NCBI GenBank assembly: GCA_017440465.1
Contig: JAFSHF010000031.1
Coordinates: 6,064-70,063 of the forward strand
Source: Clostridia bacterium
GTDB lineage: Bacteria > Bacillota > Clostridia > Oscillospirales > QAKW01
Direction of reading: 5' to 3'
DNA: 64,000 bases
The notes under the pieces are model-generated. The model searched no databases, was not told the origin of the DNA, and worked only from the letters and a program-made list of their open reading frames with translations. Below, piece by piece: positions 19,072 through 27,367 of this stretch. The position numbers and the translations under genes were made by a program. How positions within the stretch are numbered: the stretch's first letter is position 1; each line of letters begins with the position of its first letter.

Positions 19072-20460
19072 TCAACAATTTTCGCCAAATCCTTTTTTCG
19101 CGCCGTGGAAAACTTGCTCAGCAAGACCCAAAAGCCCGATCAGGTTGGGGATCGCCATCAGGGCGCAGAAGATATCCGCCAAGTTCCAGACCGCCTCGGC
19201 GGTGAGAAAGGTGCCGCTAAAGAGCAGGAGCAAAAATAAAATCCGAAACCAACCGACGCAATGGTTCCGGCAGGGGAGCAGATACCGTAGGCTTTGCTCG
19301 CCGTAGAAACTCCAGCCGATGATGGAGCAAAACCCGAAAAAGAGCAGGCAGACCATATATAAAAAGGAAAGCAGCCCATCGGGGAGCGGCAGATGCCTTA
19401 GGGCATAAAGGGTGATGCCCGCGCCCGAAAGGGAGGGGATCTGCCAGGCATCGGTCAAAATCACCGCATAGCCGGTAAGGGTACACATTAAGACGGTATC
19501 CAAAAAGGGGCCCAGCATCGAGATCAATCCCTGCTTGGCAGGGTCGTCGGTGCGGGCGGAAGCGGCGGCGATGGGGTCGGAGCCCATCCCCGCTTCGTTG
19601 GAAAAGATGCCCCGCCCCAAGCCATAGCGGAGGGCTTTTTGCAGGGTGATACCCGCCGCCGCGCCCAAGGTCGCCTTCGGCATAAAAGCGGAATGGAGAA
19701 TCAGCGCGGTGGCGGCAGGCAACTGCCGCCAATGCAATAAGATCAGCCATAGGGTCAGCCCTGTATAGAGGATCGCCATAAAGGGCACCGCCAAGGTCGC
19801 CACCGAAGCGATGCGGCGGATGCCGCCCGCCAGCACCAAGCCCACCAAGGCGGTGGTCAGCGCGCCTGCGATCAGCGCAGGAATATTGACCGAGATGCCG
19901 AAAAGGGAGAGATTTTGCTGTTTTTGAGGGTCGAAAAAATCCTGCGCGGCATCCACAATGCCGTTGATCTGGGAGGTGGTGCCCATCGAGATGAGGCAGG
20001 TGATCACGCAGGAGAGGGCAAAGATCCGCGCTAAAAAAGGGCGTCTTAGCCCCAATTCCAAATAGAGAAAAGGCCCGCCCAAAAAGGCACCGTCGGGGTT
20101 GCGGCGGCGGTAGCGTACCGCCAAGTACCCTTCGGCATATTTGGTCGCCATCCCGAAAAAGGCGGCGACCATCATCCAAAACAGCGCGCCCGGCCCGCCG
20201 GCGGTGATGGCGGTCGCCACCCCGATGATGTTGCCGGTCCCTAAGGTCGCCGCTAAGGAGGTGCATAGCGCGCCCAGGGGCGAAACATCCCCTTGCCCCT
20301 CGCCTTCGCTGCTTAAAGCGGCTTGAAAGGCGGCTTTGAGCTTTCTCAGCGAAAGCCAGCGGGTGCCGACGGTGAAGTAGATCCCTGTTCCCAACACCAA
20401 AAGCAGCATCCAAGGCCCCCAAAGCAACTCTGCCGTTTTTTCTAAAAAGAATGCCATCAA
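19072..20460 (-). CDS. Alanine/glycine:cation (sodium) symporter, AGCS family
   Basis: 462-aa polytopic protein with AGCS-type N-terminus (GPWMLLLVLGTGIYFT..RWLSLRKL). Confidence 0.9.
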   Translation of the reverse strand: MMAFFLEKTAELLWGPWMLLLVLGTGIYFTVGTRWLSLRKLKAAFQAALSSEGEGQGDVSPLGALCTSLAATLGTGNIIGVATAITAGGPGALFWMMVAAFFGMATKYAEGYLAVRYRRRNPDGAFLGGPFLYLELGLRRPFLARIFALSCVITCLISMGTTSQINGIVDAAQDFFDPQKQQNLSLFGISVNIPALIAGALTTALVGLVLAGGIRRIASVATLAVPFMAILYTGLTLWLILLHWRQLPAATALILHSAFMPKATLGAAAGITLQKALRYGLGRGIFSNEAGMGSDPIAAASARTDDPAKQGLISMLGPFLDTVLMCTLTGYAVILTDAWQIPSLSGAGITLYALRHLPLPDGLLSFLYMVCLLFFGFCSIIGWSFYGEQSLRYLLPCRNHCVGWFRILFLLLLFSGTFLTAEAVWNLADIFCALMAIPNLIGLLGLAEQVFHGAKKGFGENC

Positions 20461-20610
20461 AAAATCCTTTCAAAAAGAATTCGATCATAAAAAATCCGCG
20501 TCTGCGGATTTTATCCATTGTTGCGCCATCGGCGCACATCGTTTTTGCCTATAGACAAAAAAATACCTATGAAAATACGTATATTTTCATAGGTATTATA
20601 CTTCTTGTAT

Positions 20611-21327
20611 TTAGATATACAGCCCGCCGTTGGGGGAAAGCACCTGTCCTGTGATCTGCTCCTGCTCGGCGAGAAAGAGGATTGCTTTGGCGATATCCAG
20701 CCCTGAGCAAAGTTTGCCGGTGGGGACCATCTTTTTGAGTTCTTCCCGATCGAGATCCTTGAGCATTTTGCTTTCCACAATGCCGGGGGAAACGCAGTTG
20801 ACGGTGATGCCCGAGGGTGCCAATTCTTTGGCAAGTGCCTTGGTAAAGCCGATCAAGCCCGCCTTGGCGGCGGAATAGGAGACTTCGCAGGCACCGCCGG
20901 TCTGCCCCCAGACCGAAGAGATATTGATGATCGCGCCGCTCTTTTTTTGGAGCAGATGGGGGAGCAGCAGGCGGGTCAGTGCCATATGGGAGAGTAGGTT
21001 GGTCTGCAGGACCTGCTCAATGGAGTCGGCAGACTCCTCTTGAAACTCTTGATAGTGCGCCGCGCCGAAATTATTGACCAGCAGGTCGATACTGCCGCAC
21101 TCTTCCAGCGCAAAATCGATCAGCTCTTTGCGGGTCTGCTCGATGCAAAGATCCCCTTGAAAGAGATGCACCCTGCCGCCCATCGCGGTAAGATCCTCTT
21201 GCAGGTTTTTTGCCGCCGTTTCGTTTGTATGATAGGCAAGCACCACCTGCCATCCTTGGCGCACCGCCCAATAGGCGGTCATACTGCCGATGGCACCGCT
21301 GCCGCCGGTAACGATCATTGTTTTCAA
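20611..21327 (-). CDS. SDR-family oxidoreductase (FabG-like)
   Basis: TGGSGAIG cofactor motif and YSAAK active site; start set at the TTG at 21327 (GGAAG 8 nt upstream); alternative ATG at 21318. Confidence 0.85.
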   Translation of the reverse strand: MKTMIVTGGSGAIGSMTAYWAVRQGWQVVLAYHTNETAAKNLQEDLTAMGGRVHLFQGDLCIEQTRKELIDFALEECGSIDLLVNNFGAAHYQEFQEESADSIEQVLQTNLLSHMALTRLLLPHLLQKKSGAIINISSVWGQTGGACEVSYSAAKAGLIGFTKALAKELAPSGITVNCVSPGIVESKMLKDLDREELKKMVPTGKLCSGLDIAKAILFLAEQEQITGQVLSPNGGLYI

Positions 21328-21447
21328 AAAAATCACTTCCTTATAGTTTATTCTAAACGATTTTACTTTAGAAGACAAGATTTAATTGAAAAATTGGTTG
21401 ATTTCGTGTATATTAGAAATAGAAATTAAAAAGAAAGGAGTTTTTAT

Positions 21448-23478
21448 ATGAATACACCCATCAAGCAGTTATACGGCATCGGTGCGACCCGCGAAAAACT
21501 CCTTTTGAAATTGGGGATCGAAACCTATGGGGATCTGCTCCGTTGCTATCCCCGCCGCTATGAAGATCGGTCGGTGGTGATCCCCATCGATGAAGCGTCG
21601 ATGCATATGGGGGAGCCCATCAGCATTGTCGCCACCGTGGTGGGCGTTCCCGAAGAACGCCGTATCCGCGGCGGGCGGATCTTGAGCCGTTTTTCGGTGG
21701 AGGACGATTCGGGGCTGATGACCCTGACCTATTTCAATAATCCTTATATTAAAGATAAACTCAAGGTGGGAAAGACCTTTAATTTCTATGGGGTCTGCGA
21801 CCCCAAGATGCTGCTGCATATGGTGGCGCCCCAAGCGGAAGAACTCAAAGCGGGGGAGCAACCCCGCATCCTGCCGGTCTATCCGCTGACTGCGGGGCTG
21901 AACCAGCCTCAGATGCGCCGCTGGGTGGGGCAGGCGATGGCGCGTCTTGCGGGCAAACTGCCCGATCCTCTGCCCGCGCGACTGCGGGAAAAATATGGAT
22001 TAATGGAACTCAATGATGCGTTGCAGGCGATCCACTTTCCCAAGGACCACGCCGCCATCGCGGCGGGGCGGCGGAGGCTGATTTTTGAAGAACTGCTGTA
22101 TTTCCAATTAGGGGTCAACCTTTTCTCCCGCAGGGAAAAGGACCAAAACCGCTTCCCCATCGGCAAGAGCGACGGCGGTTTTTTGGCGTTGCAACCCTTT
22201 ACCCCCACGCCCTCTCAGCAAACAGCGGTGGCAGAGATCCTGGCAGATATGCAGGGAGATTTTGCGATGAACCGCTTGCTGCAGGGCGATGTGGGCAGCG
22301 GCAAGACCTATGTGGCGGGCGAGGCGGCGTATGCCGCCCTTTCGGCAGGCTATCAGGTGGCGATGATGGCGCCCACCGAGATTTTGGCCCGCCAGCACGC
22401 AGACTATTTCCGCCCGCTCTTTGAACAGCTCGGGTATTCCACCGACCTTTTGGTGGGGTCGCTGACCGCCAAGCAAAAGCGGGAAGCCTATGCCCGCCTG
22501 CAAAGCGGCGAGACCCGCCTCATCATCGGCACCCACGCGTTGTTGCAGCAGAAGGTGGAATTTCAACAATTGGGCTTGGTGATCGCCGACGAACAGCATC
22601 GGTTCGGCGTCCGCCAGCGCGCCGCCTTGGCGGCAAAAGGGCAAAAGCCCCATATTTTAATTATGTCTGCCACCCCCATTCCGCGCACTATGGCGCTGAT
22701 GGTATGGGGCGATCTGGACCTTTCGGTGCTGGAGGGCTTGCCCTCAGGCAGAAAGCCCATCCAAAGCTTTTTGGTGGATTCCACCTATCAGGAGCGGTTG
22801 CTGGGCTTTATGGATAAGCAGATGGAAGAAGGCGGCCAGATCTATATCGTCTGCCCGCTGGTGGAGGAAAATCCCGAGGCGGATCTCCAGAGTGCCGAAG
22901 CGTTGTTTGAAGCATTGAAGGAGCAGTACGGCGATGCCGCCGATATGATCCACGGCAAGATGAAGGCCGCTAAAAAAGACGAAGCGATGGCAAAATTTGT
23001 GGCGGGGGAAACCAAAGTGCTGGTCTCTACCACCGTGATTGAAGTGGGCATCAACGTCCCCAATGCGACGATGATGGTCCTGATGAACGCCGAGCGGTTC
23101 GGGCTTTCCCAGCTCCATCAGCTGCGCGGGCGGGTCGGGCGTGGGGAGAAGCAATCCTATTGTATTTTGGTCTCCGACCATCAAAATCCAAAAACGCGGG
23201 AACGGCTGGATTATTTCTGCTCCACCACCGATGGCTTTGCCATTGCCGAAAAGGACCTGCAACTGCGCGGCCCCGGCGATTTCCTCGGCGATATGCAGCA
23301 TGGGATGCCCCAAATGCAGTTGGCGGGGCTGACGAGTGATATGGAACTGCTGACCCTTTCCAACCGTTGCGCCAAGCGGATGCTGGAATTTGATCCCGAC
23401 CTGCAGGCGCCCTATAATCAAGCCATCCGCCAAAAAGTGTTTGAACTTTTTAACGATCAAAGCATCATTTTTAATTGA
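21448..23478 (+). CDS. recG: ATP-dependent DNA helicase RecG
   Basis: Wedge domain plus SF2 helicase motifs GDVGSGKT, DEQHRFG, QLHQLRGRVGRG. Confidence 0.95.
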   Translation: MNTPIKQLYGIGATREKLLLKLGIETYGDLLRCYPRRYEDRSVVIPIDEASMHMGEPISIVATVVGVPEERRIRGGRILSRFSVEDDSGLMTLTYFNNPYIKDKLKVGKTFNFYGVCDPKMLLHMVAPQAEELKAGEQPRILPVYPLTAGLNQPQMRRWVGQAMARLAGKLPDPLPARLREKYGLMELNDALQAIHFPKDHAAIAAGRRRLIFEELLYFQLGVNLFSRREKDQNRFPIGKSDGGFLALQPFTPTPSQQTAVAEILADMQGDFAMNRLLQGDVGSGKTYVAGEAAYAALSAGYQVAMMAPTEILARQHADYFRPLFEQLGYSTDLLVGSLTAKQKREAYARLQSGETRLIIGTHALLQQKVEFQQLGLVIADEQHRFGVRQRAALAAKGQKPHILIMSATPIPRTMALMVWGDLDLSVLEGLPSGRKPIQSFLVDSTYQERLLGFMDKQMEEGGQIYIVCPLVEENPEADLQSAEALFEALKEQYGDAADMIHGKMKAAKKDEAMAKFVAGETKVLVSTTVIEVGINVPNATMMVLMNAERFGLSQLHQLRGRVGRGEKQSYCILVSDHQNPKTRERLDYFCSTTDGFAIAEKDLQLRGPGDFLGDMQHGMPQMQLAGLTSDMELLTLSNRCAKRMLEFDPDLQAPYNQAIRQKVFELFNDQSIIFN

Positions 23479-23579
23479 CAAAATTTGCTTGAATTATTTT
23501 CTCCCTTTGATCCAAAATAATTAGCGTAGACCGAAAAAACAACTTTTCGCTCTAACTCTAATAAGGAGGTGCTAATGAA

Positions 23580-23762
23580 ATGGATAAAGCTGTTAAGAGT
23601 AATGCAAAAGCAGGCCTTGATAAGATGAAGTTCGAGGTTGCCCGCGAGATCGGTGTTGATCTGAAGCAGGGTTATAACGGCGACTTGACTTCTGCTCAGG
23701 CCGGTCATATCGGTGGCCAGATGACCAAGAAGTTGGTTGAGCGTGCCGAACAATCCCTGTAA
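23580..23762 (+). CDS. Small acid-soluble spore protein, alpha/beta type
   Basis: KFEVAREIGV and GHIGGQMTKKLV signature blocks; strong SD AAGGAGG. Confidence 0.85.
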   Translation: MDKAVKSNAKAGLDKMKFEVAREIGVDLKQGYNGDLTSAQAGHIGGQMTKKLVERAEQSL

Positions 23763-23908
23763 GTAAAAGACTTGGATATTTGCGCAGACCGAAAAAGCAA
23801 AAAATAAAGAAAAAATAAATGCTTTAATCTCTGCGTAACCAAAAAATAGGAATAAAAGCGGCTCAAATGAGCCGCTTTTAATTTAAAATTTTTTGCTTTT
23901 TCTATCGC

Positions 23909-23956
23909 CGATCTCGGCGTCTACCGTACCGATGTACGCCGACGCCACCGAGATCG
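23909..23956. repeat. L-hairpin copy 2 (same loop, stem CGATCTCGG/CCGAGATCG)
   Basis: Read directly. Confidence 0.75.
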
Positions 23957-24158
23957 AAGATTCTGCATCAAATCTTCAAGTCTTTTACAGTTTCTGCTCC
24001 TACATAAGTCTGTGCGAAAAGGCGGATATTGGCGCAGACCGCAAAAAACAAAAAAGAAATAATATAGGTCTTTTCAGTTTATGCGAATGCGAAGAATAAG
24101 GAATAAAAGCGGCTCATTTGAGCCGCTTTTAATTTAACTTTTTGTTTTTTGCTATTTC

Positions 24159-24382
24159 CGATCTCGGTGCGGGGAAGCGGGGGTAATTTTGCCTTGCCGC
24201 AAAAAGCGGTCGAAGATTTTTAAAACAGACGAATTTCGGTTGAGCAAGGCAAAAGCGCAGGCAATACCGTCGTATTGCCGAGCATTTTAACGCAGCACAG
24301 GCGGAATTGGTCGGTTTAAAAACAAGGATAAAGTTACCCCCGCTTCCCCTTGTACCGATGTACGCCGACGCCACCGAGATCG
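24159..24382. repeat. L-hairpin copy 3, interrupted in its loop by element E1
   Basis: Left stem at 24159-67 and right stem at 24374-82; the loop remnant GTACCGATGTACGCCGAC follows E1. Confidence 0.7.
24171..24349. mobile_element. Foldback element E1 (179 bp, 16-bp perfect terminal inverted repeat GGGGAAGCGGGGGTAA)
   Basis: Present in one of two otherwise homologous L-hairpin loops; its internal core is homologous to E2. Confidence 0.45.
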
Positions 24383-24485
24383 AAAATTCTACATCCAATC
24401 TTCGCCTTTTTGGTGGTTCCTGCTTCTACATAAGTCTGTGCGTAAAAATGCGCAGACCGCAAAAAACAAATTTAATTTCATAGTG

Positions 24486-24955
24486 CTATAAAACTCGAAT
24501 GATTTTTTTGTGCTGTTTTATAGCGTAATCAAGGGCGATTTTGGTGCCGCTTTTGCGGGTGGTTGGGGTGCGCTGTTCATTGTAATAGACGATGCAAAAA
24601 TGGCTATGATCGATCATTTCATAATTGCGCTCGACATAAGATGCTTTTCCTGCGTTCAGTATCTTTTCGGGATAATAGGTGTCTTCATAAGTTTCAAGTA
24701 AGTAGTTTTTATAGTGCTCGCTTATATAAGGATATTCCGCTCGCACATAAACGCGCTTTATGTGTGGGTGTTTTTCTTTTATCTCAGACACGATTTCAAG
24801 GCACAAATTATTAAACCGGCTCTTACTTCCGAAAAGGAACGTATCAACTTTTCGTCTACGATCAGTTTTTCGATGACTTCAAAAAGGCACACTTTTAGTT
24901 CTGCGGTTTCGTTTATCGTTCTATGTCCAAAAAAGCAACATATATTGTTCTTCAT
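24486..24955 (-). pseudogene. SLOG/DUF1273-like protein gene interrupted by a single frameshift
   Basis: ATG at 24955 reads MKNNICCFFGHRTINETAELKVCLFEVIEKLIVDEK. The homology (VDTFLFGSKSRFNNLCLEIV...) then continues in another frame that joins track ORF 24486..24806. The switch lies at an A4 run near 24848-24853. Confidence 0.6.
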
Positions 24956-25061
24956 AGCACACCTCTTAAAAATAATAGATATACCATATATCCATTTTAA
25001 ACATTATAACACATAAAACATCTAAAATGAATATACAATATATTTATTATGAGGTGTATTT

Positions 25062-25262
25062 ATGGCAATCAAGAGTGTTTCAATAAGAATTGAAGAAGAA
25101 ATGTTGAATAAAATCGCACACATTGCTGAGTACGAAGGCAGAAGTGTAAACAGCCAAGTTCTTGTTTTAATAAGAGAAAATATTAAGGCTTTTGAAGATG
25201 CGAATGGTGCTATTGACGGCAACATTTCTCCGGCTTCAAATGTCAAACCGACTCGTAAGTAA
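25062..25262 (+). CDS. Ribbon-helix-helix (Arc/CopG-like) DNA-binding protein
   Basis: N-terminal beta-strand/helix pattern KSVSIRIEEEMLNKIAHIAEYEGRSVNSQVLVLI; followed by an intrinsic terminator. Confidence 0.55.
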   Translation: MAIKSVSIRIEEEMLNKIAHIAEYEGRSVNSQVLVLIRENIKAFEDANGAIDGNISPASNVKPTRK

Positions 25263-25265
25263 AAA

Positions 25266-25298
25266 AACACTCTGCTGAGTTTCAGCAGAGTGTTTTTT
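25266..25298 (+). terminator. Intrinsic terminator after the RHH gene
   Basis: CACTCTGCTG/CAGCAGAGTG stem plus T6. Confidence 0.8.
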
Positions 25299-25323
25299 GA
25301 TTGCAGAATTGGAGGGTTTCTTT

Positions 25324-25537
25324 GTAGGGGACGGGTTTCCCGTCCCGCTATGACCCGCAACCAAATGAATTGGTAGGGGTAACAAATGAATTGGTGGGGG
25401 GGTAACAAATGATTTGGTAGGGGGACATACAAATGATTTGTAGGCTTGCACAAATGATTTGTGCAAAGAACGTAGCAAATGAATTGGTACAGTAATGCAC
25501 AAATGAATTGTGCAACAGACCCCAAATCATTTGGGGT
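25324..25537. repeat. CAAWTGAWTTG palindrome array, locus 2 (8 cores, opened by a GTAG hairpin)
   Basis: GTAGGGGACGGGTTTCCCGTCCC at 25324, then 8 cores, ending with the inverted CCCCAAATCATTTGGGG next to the TTGACA -35. Confidence 0.85.
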
Positions 25538-25539
25538 AA

Positions 25540-25568
25540 TTGACATTTTTTTAGAAAAAGGCTATACT
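25540..25568 (+). promoter_or_regulatory. Promoter TTGACA-17-TATACT at the right end of locus 2
   Basis: Consensus hexamers with counted spacing. A homologous junction GGGGTTAGTGACATTTTT occurs at 16256-16275, at the end of locus 1. Confidence 0.55.
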
Positions 25569-25597
25569 GATGGCAGTAAATATGAAGGAGAATTCTT

Positions 25598-25771
25598 ATG
25601 CATAAGGTTATTAAAATTCTGCTTTGGGTGTTTGTGCCCATCTTTTTGGTGTTGTTTACATCCTCTGCGTTTATAGAATCTCAGGCGGTGCGGATCGCGG
25701 AATACATTGTGGATGCCATTTTGCTGGTATTGATCGGCATCGAATTGTTTTCATCCAAAAAGGAAAAATAA
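25598..25771 (+). CDS. 57-aa predicted two-TM membrane peptide (below the ORF-track size cut-off)
   Basis: Read by hand: MHKVIKILLWVFVPIFLVLFTSSAFIESQAVRIAEYIVDAILLVLIGIELFSSKKEK; SD GAAGGAG 7 nt upstream; TTGACA-17-TATACT promoter; terminator follows. Confidence 0.35.
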   Translation: MHKVIKILLWVFVPIFLVLFTSSAFIESQAVRIAEYIVDAILLVLIGIELFSSKKEK

Positions 25772-25821
25772 GAAAGGGGCTGTAAAAAAACGAATGTATT
25801 TTACAGCCCCTTTTTGTGCAG

Positions 25822-26000
25822 TTTTTGCTGTCGCAAAAGTGAAGTTGCTCGGGTTCCTTGCAGTGAAGTTTGGCTTTTCGCCAAGTGAAGTTGCTTCGCA
25901 GAGAATGAAAGGTTTGCCCTCTTCGCGAAGCGAAACTTCACTCTCCTTTTGGAGAACTTCACTTATTTATAAACTTCACTTGCCCATCGGGCAAACTTCG
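25822..26000. repeat. GTGAAGTT / AACTTCAC foldback array A
   Basis: GTGAAGTT at 25839, 25863 and 25885. AACTTCAC at 25934, 25955 and 25972, plus a degenerate AACTTCG. The motifs alternate with 4-7 bp-stem mini-hairpins. The array abuts the stop codon at 26003. Confidence 0.8.
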
Positions 26001-26002
26001 TT

Positions 26003-26563
26003 TTATGTTTGAGGGTAATAGACCACTTGAAAGAGATAATCGCCGACGCCGATCGCTTCGGCTAAGAGCATTACCAAAAAGGGAATGGCGATCATCAGCG
26101 GCAGCCAGATCCACCAATAGAATTTTTGGGGTTTTACCTGCGCTTTATACGCCATTTGCTCCTCGATGGAAAGGTCGGCGAAGATCTCGGCGCGTACCTC
26201 GCGGATCAGGGGATTGAGGCCGCGGTAGCCTTCCTTTTCCTCGGTATAGGCTTCTTTGAGTTCATGGCGAATGACAAAGAGGAACAAAACGGCTGTTGCC
26301 GCGGTCAGCGGCAGTGCCCATTGCCAATAGGCGACGCTGAAGATGCCGATATTGATCAGCAACGGCCAGACGGTATTGCCGATCAGCGCCAAGGTGCCGC
26401 GGCGCATCGACTTATTATATCGTTTGAAGATGGCTTCAAAGAGGCAATAGGCGATCAGCAATCCGCCTGCTACCGAGAGTATGTATCCTGCAGAGATCTG
26501 GTCGTACCAGGGCAGGATGGCATATTTTAGTTCCGGTGCATTGGGAAGAACAGAATTGGGCAT
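26003..26563 (-). CDS. Integral membrane protein of unknown function
   Basis: 186-aa ORF with about 4 hydrophobic segments, directly downstream of the GDPD gene. Confidence 0.6.
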   Translation of the reverse strand: MPNSVLPNAPELKYAILPWYDQISAGYILSVAGGLLIAYCLFEAIFKRYNKSMRRGTLALIGNTVWPLLINIGIFSVAYWQWALPLTAATAVLFLFVIRHELKEAYTEEKEGYRGLNPLIREVRAEIFADLSIEEQMAYKAQVKPQKFYWWIWLPLMIAIPFLVMLLAEAIGVGDYLFQVVYYPQT

Positions 26564-26566
26564 TTT

Positions 26567-27364
26567 TTAAACTCCTTGTTTTTCAAAAATGGGGGTGGCG
26601 CGTTGCTTTTCGGCAATCGCCTTGGCTTCTTTGGTGCGGATGGTCCAAAGGAAGATGGGTGCGCCGAAAAGGGCGCGGAACAGGTGATACGCCCAGCCGA
26701 ATTTCTGATAATCATAGGCAAGAAAATCGGGGCGGGAGATGCAATGGACCAGCAGGTGGCGCATCGCAAAATCGATATGCTTGCTTTGCTTTAAGTGATG
26801 GCCCGAAAGCTGACCGCGGACAATTTCGGGCGCGTTTTTGGCAAACCAGCCGACGGCGCGGGGATCGAAGGACTCGATGCAGAGATCGCCATCGTAGCCT
26901 TGGATGGCTTGATAGAGGGCGGCGGAGACGGCGTTATAATTCCCGCCGAAGACCTTGGCTTCGATCAGCAGCGGCACCTTGCCCTGCACCAGCTTGAAGA
27001 CCTCTTCCAACAGCGGCAGGGTCTCTTCGGTGCCTTCCAAGCGGAGATCTTGGATCTCGCTCCAACTGCAATCCTCGATGGGGCGGTCGATGCCGCAGGT
27101 GCGCAGGAGGGAATCATCGTGTTCCACCACCAGCTTGCCGTCCTTGGAAAGATGGACGTCCAGCTCTATCCCGAAGCCCTGCTCCACCGCCAAGCGGAAC
27201 GCCATAAGGGAATTTTCGGGGACGCCTTTTTCGATATCGTGCAAGCCCCGATGGGCAAAGCGGTAGGTCTGCAATTTTTTCAGCAGGGGCGGGCGATGGA
27301 GGCGCGGCGCCATCATAAAGATCCAGACCGCCGAAAGGGCGAGCAAAATCCATATAACAATCAT
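26567..27364 (-). CDS. Glycerophosphodiester phosphodiesterase (membrane-anchored)
   Basis: FAHRG, ENS..AF and GIELDVHLSKDG motifs. Confidence 0.9.
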   Translation of the reverse strand: MIVIWILLALSAVWIFMMAPRLHRPPLLKKLQTYRFAHRGLHDIEKGVPENSLMAFRLAVEQGFGIELDVHLSKDGKLVVEHDDSLLRTCGIDRPIEDCSWSEIQDLRLEGTEETLPLLEEVFKLVQGKVPLLIEAKVFGGNYNAVSAALYQAIQGYDGDLCIESFDPRAVGWFAKNAPEIVRGQLSGHHLKQSKHIDFAMRHLLVHCISRPDFLAYDYQKFGWAYHLFRALFGAPIFLWTIRTKEAKAIAEKQRATPIFEKQGV

Positions 27365-27367
27365 CGG

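Larger units (their letters stand above)
23782..24458. repeat. Tandem duplication of a ~250 bp non-coding unit (the second copy carries E1)
   Basis: GCGCAGACC anchors at 23782, 24032 and 24450. Each unit holds the terminator AGGAATAAAAGCGGCTCAWWTGAGCCGCTTTTAATTTAA plus an L-hairpin. Confidence 0.75.

Noticed and set aside
19217-20539. 440-aa ORF on the same strand as the alanine symporter but in another frame
   Set aside because: Its Arg/Gly/Pro-rich nonsense composition argues against coding, and the 19072..20460 frame gives a clean polytopic AGCS protein.
20461-20610. Possible glycine riboswitch or attenuator upstream of the alanine/glycine symporter
   Set aside because: The gap holds only two short hairpins and the SDR-gene terminator. 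It is too short and lacks glycine-aptamer conserved blocks.
24129-24398. 89-aa ORF covering element E1
   Set aside because: It spans the inverted-repeat element and the L-hairpin. It has no RBS, and the homologous E2 has no equivalent frame.
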